Shown: positions 49,823 through 61,735 of the stretch, piece after piece | Position numbering within the stretch: the first letter of the stretch is position 1 | Layout of the letters: each line of letters starts with the position of its first letter | Assembly (NCBI GenBank): GCA_032718475.1 | Contig: JAUCBJ010008562.1 | Span: forward strand, 64,484 to 128,483 | DNA from: Nemertoderma westbladi | Lineage: Eukaryota; Animalia; Xenacoelomorpha | Length of the DNA stretch: 64,000 nucleotides | Direction: 5' to 3' | Program-made: the position numbers and the translations under genes | The notes under the pieces: model-generated | Database searches by the model: none | Seen by the model: only the letters and a program-made list of their open reading frames with translations | Told to the model about the DNA's origin: nothing

Positions 49823-52800
49823 CGCCAGACCTTGGGTCTAGCATTGTGTTTTCCACAGCCCCGAGACTGTGACCTAACGAGAGTTCCCCTTAGCAGTGAC
49901 CAACCGACCCAGACTGTATCACACCTACCGGTAGCCGATCAGTCAGTCAGTCGGATCACAGGCTGCTCCGGGGTAGCGCTTGGCCAGGCCTTACCGTCTT
50001 ACTGTACCGCACCTACCGGCTGACTGGTAGCCGCTTCAACCTGCCTGGTTAGCCTCGCCTTACCCCACCTATTGTACGGCCTGATTGTATTGCCCCAGTT
50101 CGTGTATATTATTATATACTACTTATTGCTGTACTATATTATATCGATACCCGCTGGATATTACTCGAGGTGTTTTCCCGTATCTACACCATACACCCTA
50201 CTTCTCACCACTCTGGCGTGGTGGCAGCGTTTGTGATTATTCCCACACCCCATTCACACGAGTTTATAAACCAGAAACCTATCCAGCACCTAGGCCTATA
50301 ACCGAAGTACACAGCCTATTTATGCTGTTATGGCTACCTTCAAAACGCCGCGCCTCCAACCAGTAACTAAGTCAGAGACCCTGACTTCATTTGAGGCCTG
50401 GCGACAGACTCTTCAATACAGCCTAGCCTTAGATTCCGAATTTGCACGATTTTCAACAACAACTCTCCGATGGCTACCAGCCTCCCGAGCAGCGCCTACA
50501 CGCGGTCTCATAGACGACCCAGACAATGTACCCGCCGCTCGCCGTCGTACCGCAGTCCAGCAGGTCGCAGCCTTGAAGCTTATGCTTGGGCAAATAGCCA
50601 ACTACGCACCGGTCATTTCTCGTGCGGCTATTGTCCGTTCCGCCACCTCCTTACAATTTGTGTGGCAAGCCCTTCGCGCCCACTTTGGCTTCCAGTCATC
50701 TGGGTCCCACTTCCTCGACTTTGCCACCATTTCCCAAGAACATGAAGAACGCCCAGAGGACTTATTCCAACGCCTCGCAGCCTTCCTAGATGACAACCTG
50801 CTCACATGCGATTCTGGTATTCAACACATGGGTGCAGCCGTTGCCCACGACGAAGAAATGTCGCCCTCCTTGGAGAATCTTCTCACGTTAACCTGGCTGC
50901 GTCTCCTCCACCCAGACCTTCCCCGCTTGGTTCAGCAGCGGTACGGAACCGAACTCCGGAACCGTACTCTGGCAACCATTAAACCGGAAATCAGCCAGGC
51001 CCTCCCATCCCTTATGGAGGAGTTGAACACTGCCGCCGATGTGTGCACTTTCCGTACTACAACCTCGAGGTACCCGCCACGCCGCCCTGTTAACCGGCCA
51101 ACCCAGAGTTGATCCATTCCTCACCCAATTAAAGTTTGCCCACTGTGCTCACAGGCTAAACGTACCGAGGTGGACCACTTCTTGAGCACATGCCACTTCC
51201 TTCCGGAACAGGACCGCCGCTTCCTAGTCCACACCAACATTGTTGACATTCAGGATGAAGCTGAAGTCAGTAATGGTTTCGCCAATATCATCAGCGATGA
51301 TTCCAAGGAAGGTACCAATGATGACTATACCCATCCTTCTTCACACCGCGTATCAGTCATCCGTTCGCCCATCCTCCATGCCAACTAACGGTCCCAACCG
51401 TTAGTTATCCTTCTCGATGCGGAGCTGAAGCCGACTTGATCCGTGAAACACTCACCCGTGAGCTGGGCGTTCCCATCACGCCCAGTACGTCACAACTGCC
51501 ATCTCTTGCTGATGGATCATCCACTCTACATGTCTGCGGAGAAACCCGCTTCGACCTTGCCCGTGGCAAACTGCACTTTAAGTTCTGTGGCCTTGTAGTC
51601 ACCAACCTAGCATCACCCATAATCGGTGGTATGCCCTTCCTCCAAGGGAATGACATCTCAATTCACCCTGCACTTGGTCGTCTCACCTTCCGTGATGGTT
51701 CCCACAATGACTATACTCACACCCGCACCCGTAGTGTCTTCCTCACCTGTAGCCCGTGCGTCTGCCAACTCTGTTGTTGTATGGCCTGGAGAGCCACTCC
51801 ACATCCCCCTTCCCCCATCCATTGACCCACACACAGCAGTCCTCCTCACCCCGCATACACCTACTAAACCTTCCTGGTTCCATCCACAACTGGCCCAACC
51901 CAGTGCTGGTCACATCGACCTCTATAACCAGTCACCAGATCCCATCATGGTCCCACGCCATGCTCACATTGCCTGTGTTACACCTGTTTGTGAACCCTCT
52001 GATTCTGAGCTCATCACCGCTCCTATAACTCCACACCCTGGTTCCTGCTCCATCACCCCTAATCCACCACCCGCTACCTCTGATATCCAACTCGATCCCG
52101 ACAACATACTTACGCCATCAGAATGAGGACGGTTCTCATCGATAATCGACTGCCATGCAATCGTCTTTTCTCATGTATACCCTGGATATAATGGAGCAGC
52201 CGGCCCCTTCGAAGCAACAGTTAATATGGGTCCCACACTACCTCCCCAGTGAAAGGGCCGCGTCCCTCAGTATGGACGCAACCGGTTAGTTGAACTCCAA
52301 GAGCGGTTCGACGAGTTAGAGAGCCTCGGGGTCTTCGCAACCCCTGAACGAGCTGGTGCCAATATGGAATATCTCAGCCCCTCATTCCTTGTTGCCAAAC
52401 CTAATGGAGGCACCCGCCTAGTCACTGCATTTAATGAAGTCGCCAAATATGCGAAACCCCAGCCATCCTTACTACCCAATGTTAATTCAACTCTCTCTTC
52501 CCTTGATCGATATAAATATCTTATTAAAACTGACTTAATAAGCGTGTTCTATCAGATACCTTTACACAAGGACTCATACAAGTTTTGTGGTGTCATCACC
52601 CCATTCCGTGGTGTCTGTGTCTACCTGAGATCAGCTATGAGCATGCCTGGCTCCGAGACAGCTCTAGAGGAGATCATGTCACGTGTCCTCGGTGACCTCC
52701 ACGTGCATGGTGGAGTCACTAAAATCGCCGACGATCTTTACTGTGGTGGCAATACCCTGGGCAACCTTGCTACTAATTTTGATAATATGTTGACAGCTCT

Positions 52801-55715
52801 GGAGCGATGTGATCTGCGGCTGTCTGCCCGCAAGACAGTCATATATCCTTCATCCACTACCATCCTTGGCTGGAAGTGGACTCAGGGTTCACTTTCCGCA
52901 TCACCCCATGTTGTTTCTGCCCTCGCTATGTGCCCATCCCCTACTACAGTCCAGGCATTGCGCTCCTTTATTGGCTCATACATAGTTCTGTCACGAGTGT
53001 TACCACATTGCTCTGCCCTCATTGGCCCTCTCGAGTCACTCCTCACTGATAAACCCCTTGACCTTGTCTCTTGGACAGACTCCACATCCACAGCGTTCCG
53101 TCATTCACAAGCCGGCCTTAAGGATTGTCGTTCGATAGTTATCCCCCGACCATCCGATGAGCTGTTCATCGTAACTGACGCCGCATCAAATACTTCCGGC
53201 ATTGGCGCAGTCTTATATGCCAAACGTGACTCCCAACTACATGTTGCCGGGTATTTTTCAGCAAAGTTGCGTCAACACCAGCCAGCAGTCTTGGCTACCA
53301 TGTGAGATAGAAGCCCTTGCAATCGCAGCTTCCGTACACCATTTTGTCCCCTACATAACATAGTCTACCATACCTGCCTGTGTTGTTACAGACAACAAAC
53401 CCTGTGTTCAAGCCTATAATAAACTCTCGCGCGGTGCCTACTCAATGAGCCCTCGACTCACCACGTTTCTTGCTACACTGAGTCAATACAGCATCACAGT
53501 ATCGCACATCCAAGGCAAACGTAACCTGCCAGCTGACTTCCAGAGCCGACACACTCCTACCTGTCCCAACCGATCATGCCAGGTATGTGCATTTGTTGAT
53601 GAGTTATGTCAGTCACCCCGCATACAGACCCTTAATATCCCTCCCGATGAAACAAAACCCTTGTATGCCACCCGCAGTGCGTGGCTTGCCACACAAGCTG
53701 AATGTGCTATGATCCGTATCCTGTGTCCTGTGACTGTCGGGACGTCAAACGATACCTTGGTTGTGCTTCTGTTGCCAGCGATGGCCTCCTTGTCGTCCGC
53801 CGTCGCATTGCATTATCTTCCCCACGCGATCTCATTGTGGTACCATGTTCCGCCATACACGGATTAGTAACCTCACTCCATTTGGAGCTTCAGCACCCTC
53901 CTAAGGCCCAGTTACGTAAGGTCCTTGACCGTTCCTTTTGGGCCCTAGAACATGGTACAGCAGTAACTGCATGTGTCGACGCATGCCCCCAGTGCGTTTC
54001 TCTTAAGACCGCACCCCCACGTACCATTGCTCAGTCATCAGAGGAGCCCCCAACTGTCATCGGCATCTCCCTCGCTGCCGACGTCCTTGCCCAGCACCGT
54101 CAACACGTCCTCTTCATCCGTGAAACAGTATGACAGTATGAAACAGAAACAGTATGAAACAGTGAAACAGTGAAACACCTTTTCTGCCGCTACTATCATC
54201 CCCGATGAGACCCAGTTGACCCTCCGTGGTGCACTTATCGCGCTCTGCGTTCGCCTGGTACCCCTCTGCTGTGGTTCGCGTTGATCCCGCCTCTGGATTT
54301 AAGGCACTCTGCAATGACAACATCCTCCTCTCCCACCAAATTCGTCTAGAATTAGGACGCCCAAAGAACCCAAATAAGAACCCCGTGGCTGAACACGGCA
54401 TTCGCGAACTCGAAGGTGAACTCCTCCGTTTATACCCTTCTGGTGGTCCCTGCTCCAGCGTTGCACTCGCAATTGCTATTCCCAATCTCAACCGGCGCCT
54501 CCGTCACAGTGGACTATCAGCTCGCAAATTCCTACACCAATGCGACCAATTTACTGGTGACCAACTGCCTCTGGATGATGCTGCACTCATCCGCCGTCAA
54601 CAACACTACCGCGCCGATAATCATTCAGCCAGCACAAAGTCAAAGTGTTGTCTCCCTTCAATGTTGCAGCCACACGCCCCTATACAAGTTGGTGACTTAG
54701 TCCACCTGTACGGCGATGGATCGAAACTTCATAGCCGACCGCGTTATATTGTGTCCTCTGCTCCGACAGCTGGCTGAATGTTCGAAAGTTTATTGGCGCC
54801 CAACTCAGGGCCCAAACGTATCGCGTCCCATGCTCCGAGTGCTATCTCGTGCCTCAATATAGGGCGTGCTCCAACCCCCCTGTGAGCGCATCGGAGTCCA
54901 GCGACGACGATTTACCATTGCCTCCATGCCGTGGAGCACCCCGCGATCTACCAGCCCTCGGCACCCCTGGTGTTATCCCCACTACGGAGCCTCCTGCGCC
55001 ACAACCACTACCTGCGGTAACTTACTACCCCACTCGCGCACACCGGCCTCCTTTACGTTATGGATATGATACCTAACTGTGAACTAATGGCATTCTGAGC
55101 TACCCTCCGTAGACTGAAAACGCACGCTCAGTACCCGCTTTATATTGCTTATAACTGCGTTTCATTTTATCACTCAAGTTGTTATTACTTGTGTCCTGCA
55201 TACTCAGTACATAAATGTCGCCTTTTCTGACTCTTTGAAACTGAAAGTTTTTTTAGTTAATCTGTGTGTACCTACTACGTGATTTAGGTGTCTGACAAAA
55301 TGGCAAGTGAAAGAGGTTGCGCCAGACCTTGGGTCTAGCATTGTGTTTCCCACAGCCCCGAGACTGGGACCTAACGAGAGTTCCCCTTAGCAGTGACCAA
55401 CAGACCCCGACTGTATCACACCTACCGGTAGCCGATCAGTCAGTCAGTCGGATCACAGGCTGCTCCGGGGTAGCGCTTGGCCAGGCCTTACCGTCTTACT
55501 GTACCGCACCTACCGGCTGACCGGTAGCCGCTTCAACCTGCCTGGTTAGCCTCGCCTTACCCCACCTATTGTATGGCCTGATTGTATTGCCCCAGTTCGT
55601 GTATATTATTATATACTGCTTATTGCTGTATTATATTATATCGATACCCGCTGGATATTACTCGAGGTGTTTTCCCGTATCTACACCATACACCCTCCTT
55701 CTCACCACTCTGGCG
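49823..55715 (+). mobile_element. Full-length degenerate Gypsy-like LTR retrotransposon with IADD RT motif and non-canonical termini
   Basis: 396-bp LTRs at 49823-50218 and 55320-55715 (~9 substitutions by eye), TIR CGCCAGA/TCTGGCG, PBS TGGTGGCAGCG (Leu-like), PPT GAAAGAGG. Domain order gag-PR-RT-RH-IN with stops and frameshifts. Confidence 0.93.
50330..55076 (+). pseudogene. gag-pol: gag-pol of the IADD element
   Basis: gag [11 protein letters not shown]...; RT YLSPSFLVAKPNGGTRLVTAF, KTDL, KIADDLYCGG; RH IVTDAA; IN H...H...CPQC, LAADV, RVDPASGF, NKNPVAE. Confidence 0.85.
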
Positions 55716-56692
55716 CTGTTGAATTTTTGTTTTAGGTAATTGGGACATTTACCATTATACACTTTATGCACATGGTTAAGGCGTAGCTGCTTAACTCTAC
55801 TATCTAAGTTAAGTAGTCCAGATTCAGAAAAGTCATATGGAGTTATCTGGACTACTTTATTCTGAGCTACTTGTAATTTACATTTAAGCTGTTTGGTTAA
55901 GCCTTCATACCAAGAAGAGCATGCATAGTCCATGTGACACTGTTTTAAAGAAGAGCAAAGTAATCTGCGGGAGTCGGTGTTTAAACTATTTTTATTTCTG
56001 TATAGAAACCTAATCCTACTGTTGATTGTATATAATATTATAAGAGATAGAAACTGCACAAATTATATTAGTTGCTGTTTAAATAAATGTAAAAATGACA
56101 TAAATAATGTTATAAATAAGTTAGCTTATATTTATGGTGGCGTGTGGAGCCATGGTATAATAATATAGCTAGGCCCTACTGGTACCTACTGCTACTGTAA
56201 TAAAACATTGATATTAAGATAGACTCGCGTTCTTATACTGATCACGATAAAACTCGTTAAAAATCATTCTCGCATACGCAACTATCATTTTTTGTGTTTG
56301 TCTGGTGGGTCGAAAAAACAAGCAGGATAAAGTTTCAAACGGGAAAAATCTAATTAGATTGGATAATACAATATTTTTGTGTGTCATATCCGTGATCAGC
56401 ATCCCAGAAAACCCACAATGTCATAAAATCAGGTTGATTTGGTAATGATTTTTGATTATCAAATTTGTGCTATTTGTATTTTTCTTGCCGCACATTGACA
56501 CATTTCCAAAAAATCCGTAATCAAGGTAAGGTACTTTTCAGTGTCATATTTGTGATCAGCATCCCAAAAACCCAAATGGTTAGAAAATCAATTTGACTTC
56601 GTGGTGATTTTTTATTATCATGTTTACAACTTGTTTTTTTCGTGCTCCATCCAGGTCGGGGCACAAATAACTGAATAATAACTAATATAACA

Positions 56693-56923
56693 TACAGTCG
56701 GCCGAGGCAGGATGCGACCCGATGGTTGCACCTCTTTTGATAGCTGCTACCCGAGGTTATGTGTGGGCGCTACTCTTATCCAAAGATTTGCTCCCAGTTT
56801 TTTTTAACTGGAACTCATTTTATCGACCCCAATGGATGAAAGGCTGACTGGAACCTGGCTGGGTTGAACCTACAACCAATAGATTGCAGACCTGGCGCTT
56901 AGCCAACTGAGCTACCCCGCCGT
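56693..56923 (-). mobile_element. tRNA-derived SINE with Nin/Deu-type central domain
   Basis: Head GGCGGGGTAGCTCAGTTGG...GGTTCAACCC; core TCAGCCTTTCATCCATTGGGGTCGATAAAATGAGT; 14-bp TSD TAACTAATATAACA at 56679-56692 and 56924-56937. Confidence 0.85.
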
Positions 56924-57993
56924 TAACTAATATAACAACATACCTATGTTGTTATATTACACAACTCTTAGAAATGTTTGATGTAGGACTATGTTTGGGT
57001 AGATCTTCCCAATGAAATCAGCACATTCTAAAACTTCAGTAGCCAAACTGTACGGCCAAATTACAACTTTTGGCTTTTTGAAAATTTCAAACTACTTGCA
57101 CTTTTGCTCTTTTACTATATTAAAAATTGAAAATTTTGCATCAAATCTTGCTTTCGATTACTAATAATGAATTCAACAAACCAAAAAAACATAGTATGTT
57201 TAATGGTTATACCGAAGTCTTTGAATGGTGATATATTTTTTGTAATTTTATCAATTCCAAGAGGTGTTGATATGGTATGGGTGGAAGGAATGCATCATAT
57301 CACAAAACTATTACATTTTTATTTGTTTCATCTGAAAGAGGACATGATCGACATCATGTCCTTCATGGGTTTTCATGATCAGTGATTATATTTCCGATGT
57401 TAGTTTTTACTTTTGGTGAAATATATTCTCTCTGTCTGCCAGTTGTACTGTATATGTGCAAGATAGACAAAGTGGTAGACGGAAAGACAGCGATAACTTG
57501 AGAACTAAAAAAGTCTTGCTTAGCCGTTTTATGTTCATGGAACCATCCCTTTACATTTTGCTTCAGATGAAATATAAACAAAATGTGATAATTTCACCCA
57601 AATCCATGGAGTGGATACTCCACCCCCACCCCAACCCCCGAATTGAACTTTAGCAGGTTAAGGTAGGCAAAGGGTATCGTGTCCTGTCCGAGTACCATAA
57701 CTATTTCTATATATGCTTATAAGTCGTTTTTTGTAGTCCAAAAATTTCTTTCAAGTAATTAATAATTTTGGAAAAATATAGGACCTACAGTAATAGATAT
57801 TATTTCATTCTATGAAATCTATAAATGTGTCCATTGAGGACCAGTTTAGGTACGGGAATTTTGGCTAATCAATTTCTAAGTTCGCTATAATCTAATTCCA
57901 CCATTTAGATTATAGAAGTAGTGATGTGACAAACTTGTTTCTATAAAATACTTATACCCTATTAAAACCATTGGATTTCCTTCTGCCATTTTA

Positions 57994-59532
57994 ATGGATA
58001 ACCAATCTGAAGACTTTAATGAACCAGATGATGTCAGTCAACATCGTGGCGCCAGTGTCGATCAACATCCATTGCACAACCCGGACATGGCACCCCCTCC
58101 GCCTCCAGAATTACAAGGTACATCATGGGTACCCCCTCCACAGTTCCCAAGTACATCAAGGGTAATCCCTCCACAGTGCCCAAGTACATCATGGATACCC
58201 GCTCCACATTTCCCAAGTGCATCAAGGGTACTCCCTCCACAGTTCCCAAGTACATCAAGGGTACTCCCTCCACAGTTCCCAAGTACATCAAGGGTACTCC
58301 CTCCACAGTTCCCAAGTACATCAAGGGTACTCCCTCCACAGTTCCCAAGTACATCAAGGGTACTCCCTCCACAGTTCCCAAGTGCATCAAGCGTACTCCC
58401 TCCACAGTTCCCAAGTACATCAAGGGATTTCGACCAATCAGGTTACCAACAAACAAGCAGTGAATTTCATCCACCAGGGTGGATGAGTCCCTGGATTGAT
58501 GATTCCGCGAGAATATGGCGTCCTTGGGTTCATGATTCCAAATCCAAAGTTACATCCGATATTGTTGAGTTACCTCCATTGCAAAGTACCTCATATCATG
58601 AGGTTCAGCTTCCTTACTTCAAAAGAATATCTGGTACAGATAAATTTCCTGAAGTATCAAGAACATTGACTTCGAGGGAAATTCCTGGAAACCAAAGTAC
58701 AGCCGGTGTGGAACATCTTTCTGGAAACCCAAGTACATCTCTCATGGGTCAGAGTTCTGTTGCATATGCTTTACCTGAACCTACAGAAATTCGATTTTCT
58801 TCCTTTAATATTAATAATGGTACAAGCCTATATAGAACAATCATGTCAACGTCTGACTCTTTTGTTTCGCGTAATAAATATGTGCATAAGAAAGAATCTA
58901 TTTCCATTTCGTTTGATTATGAAACAAAAGTGCTAAAATGCAATAAAAAGCATGACAAATATTTCAAGTTAACAATTCATAGAAATACTTCGGTAAATAT
59001 TCCACCAGTTGGAGATAATGATTATATGTGTATGAATGTCACACTAAACAATACCTTAAAAGAAAAGTGTAAAGTTTTTTTGCATCATCGATACGATGCC
59101 GAATATTTACTTGGAGCGATTAAGGAAAAAGGAAAAGAAGACAGGAAGAAAAAGAGAACTGCAGAACCACGCGTTCCGAATCCGGAAGCTAACTCAGTAA
59201 ATCTACCGAACCCTAAAATGGTCATAATAACAAAAGATGATGGACAAGGAACCCCCCTTGATCTATTACAATTTGATTCAGTTGAGTATCCTATTAAATT
59301 AACCCTTAAAAATAACAAATTTGAATGCCAACAGATATATCAGGGCAGATATTATGATATATCATTGCAACATAGTCAAGTCGAAGATGTAAAAAAAATA
59401 AACGAAAACAATGTTGTCATTTTAAAAGTGCCGTTCGTTCATGGCACACCCTATTATGAATTCTCCTTTGCAAAAGAGGATGAAGCCAATGACTTTGAAA
59501 AGATAGTACGTGGAATTATTAGTAATATTTGA
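57994..59532 (+). CDS. Single-exon 512-aa protein: Pro/Ser/Thr repeat IDR, WRPW motif, two predicted PH-like domains; likely host gene
   Basis: Long ATG-to-stop ORF without TE motifs; TATAAAA at ~57942; ATTAAA downstream. The C-terminal beta-rich segments each end in an amphipathic helix (FSFAKEDEANDFEKIV). Confidence 0.7.
   Translation: MDNQSEDFNEPDDVSQHRGASVDQHPLHNPDMAPPPPPELQGTSWVPPPQFPSTSRVIPPQCPSTSWIPAPHFPSASRVLPPQFPSTSRVLPPQFPSTSRVLPPQFPSTSRVLPPQFPSTSRVLPPQFPSASSVLPPQFPSTSRDFDQSGYQQTSSEFHPPGWMSPWIDDSARIWRPWVHDSKSKVTSDIVELPPLQSTSYHEVQLPYFKRISGTDKFPEVSRTLTSREIPGNQSTAGVEHLSGNPSTSLMGQSSVAYALPEPTEIRFSSFNINNGTSLYRTIMSTSDSFVSRNKYVHKKESISISFDYETKVLKCNKKHDKYFKLTIHRNTSVNIPPVGDNDYMCMNVTLNNTLKEKCKVFLHHRYDAEYLLGAIKEKGKEDRKKKRTAEPRVPNPEANSVNLPNPKMVIITKDDGQGTPLDLLQFDSVEYPIKLTLKNNKFECQQIYQGRYYDISLQHSQVEDVKKINENNVVILKVPFVHGTPYYEFSFAKEDEANDFEKIVRGIISNI
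58093..58425 (+). repeat. 33-bp coding tandem repeat (~10 units; PPQFPSTSRVL)
   Basis: CCTCCACAGTTCCCAAGTACATCAAGGGTACTC repeated in frame. Confidence 0.95.
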
Positions 59533-59899
59533 TTATTTAAATGCTAAACATAATAGGTAATATTAAATATTTTTGTCTCGGGTGCGGCTCAACTACCAGG
59601 ATAGTCAACGCTGTAACATTACAATGTGTTAAGTCAATTTGGTACTAAACAAATGTAACTATCTAACTCTGTGTATAATCTCTGTATATACTCTGTATAT
59701 GGATAATATATTAGATTTCTTTATTTCCAATATTTGAGTAAAACTCTTTAATTAAAACTATTAAATTAAGCCAAGGTGCAGATATGCACCCTGGCTAGTC
59801 CCTCTGATGCATTCATGCTGAAATTTAATAGTGTCCTGGCCCGGCCCCCATGCGAGTATTGAATCCACGACCTCCGATAGAGATGTTAATTCCCCCGAT

Positions 59900-61735
59900 G
59901 CAACCCTTACTTCAAGGTGTGTCTTATTGCATTCTATCTACCAATGGCTGGGAAAATGCGGGAATCGACTTATATAATTATGGAAGTCGTCCTCACTTCA
60001 ACCGAATAAGCATGGTGGACCTGGACAGCCCATGACTTTCTTGAGACGCATCTTAACCCTATTAAACCCGGGGGGGGGGGGGGGGGGAGGGGGGGGGTCA
60101 ATATGACCCCTCCCGTGGTTTTTTTATTATAATTCTGAAACAAACGCAGTTGGGAATCTGAAATTTTATGACTTTTCCTAAAAATCTAATGTCTTCTTAG
60201 TAGTGAAAACCGTTTTCAAAAATATTGGGTAGTTTTCGAGTTATAGCACCATTTTTTAACCCTACTTTTGGCACTTGTTTGAGACGTTTTTTGAAAATTA
60301 CATTTCATTAAATATTAATTGTAACATCTCTATTTTTTATTACCACCGGTTTTTTGGTGTTAGCAATTGGATGAAATTCATATAAATTGATTTAGAAATT
60401 TCAAACTTGTTTTTATCGGCGGGTGCCAAATTTTGGTGCCAGCACCAAATATTGAAATATGTCCATTTTGTAAATTGATTGTTTGAAGCTTGTTTTTTAC
60501 GTAATTGGGGTTTTTTGGGGTTCTGGTTTCGATGAAATATATACGAGTTGCTCCAAGCGTATCAAACTTGTATTTTTCGGTGCTGTTTGCAAATTTTGGT
60601 GCTAGCACGAAATTTTGAAAATCCATTCAATAGATAAAATTGCTTGTGACAATTTCTTTCTTGCATTTTAGAGGTTTATGGCTGTTCTGAATTCAATGGA
60701 ATATATAATTATCGAACTAGACATCTCAAACTTGTATATTTCGGAAGTGGGTGCAAAATGTGCTACTAGCACCAAATTTTGAAAACCATCAAATATATCA
60801 TTTGATTGTGTCATCTTGTTTCTTGCGTTATATGGGTTTGTTAGGGTTCTGAATTCAATGGAATCAGTAAAAATTTCATAAGAGTTTTCAAACTTGTATT
60901 TTTCGCCGGTGGGTGAAAATTGTGATTGCACCAAATTTTGGAAAATGAGTAAATTGATCAGTAGATAGTATCATCTTGTTTCTTGCGTTATACGGGTTTA
61001 TGAGGGTCCTGAATCCGATGGAATCAATAAAAACAGCACTGGACATCGCAAACTTGTACTTTTTAGTAATGGGTACGAAATTTGGTGCTAGCACCAAAAT
61101 TTGCCAAATTACGCCGAAAAATACAAGTAGCCATGATCTGGCATATTTGAAATGTATTCCATTAGAATCAGCGCCCTAGAAAACCTGAAAATGTGAATTT
61201 ATAGCATCGTATAAGTGAATTAAAAATTCTGTGTTCTAACTGAAAAGTGCTGGTTACTTGTTTTTTTCATTTTTTTCCTACGCATAGAGGATTAAACAGA
61301 CATTTATGGTAATCATATCATTTTTAAATATTTTCCAATGTATTTTGCGCCCCAAAAAACTTGTATTGAAAAACAATTAGCCGAAAAATGTAACTTTCAA
61401 ATTTTGTGAAAATTGTGCACTACTTGTAATTTTGGTGCTGCAATATTACCACCCCAGTACATTTTTTCGGAAATTTTTTTTTCGATCGGATCCATACTAG
61501 TGATACCTACGTACAAACAAAAAATCAGACGTTTTCGTTAATATTTGTAGATTTTAGAGGGGGGGGGGGGGTCAATATGACCCCACCACCCCCCCCCCCC
61601 CCCCCGGTATTTGTACAGCATTTTATAGCCCGGTACTAATAGGGTTAAAGGACACTGGCCTTGAAGATACGAATGATCTAGCAAATGTCATGGGTGATAG
61701 GGAGTTGTGGAGGCGCACTATTGTGGAAATGCCAC
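59900..61735 (+). mobile_element. Short RTE-like LINE 3' remnant interrupted by the piggyBac-like element
   Basis: After removing the insert, the sequence reads ...LKDTGLEDTNDLANVMGDRELWR, matching the RTE C-terminal pattern. Confidence 0.45.
60057..61644. mobile_element. Non-autonomous piggyBac-like element
   Basis: TTAA at 60053-60056 and 61645-61648; termini CCCTATTA...TAATAGGG; subterminal GGGGTCAATATGACCCC at both ends; ~170-bp internal diverged repeats at 60470-61110. Confidence 0.85.

Larger units (their letters stand above)
49261..56035 (-). mobile_element. 3' fragment of a Crack/CR1-group LINE, split by the Gypsy-like insertion (55719-56035 and 49261-49822)
   Basis: RIRFLYR...HMDYACSSWY...LQVAQNK, rejoining as FNRVRDTHSYSTRA...GIKNWNALP. 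The 3' UTR has a stem-loop and an AATAAA-(TCTA)n tail. Confidence 0.8.

Noticed and set aside
56850-56921. tRNA-Cys gene on the minus strand
   Set aside because: It is the head of a SINE, followed by a Nin-type core and flanked by a 14-bp TSD.
58034-58486. Alternative-frame ORFs over the 33-bp repeat
   Set aside because: Open only because the repeat lacks stops; the 512-aa frame extends well beyond it on both sides.
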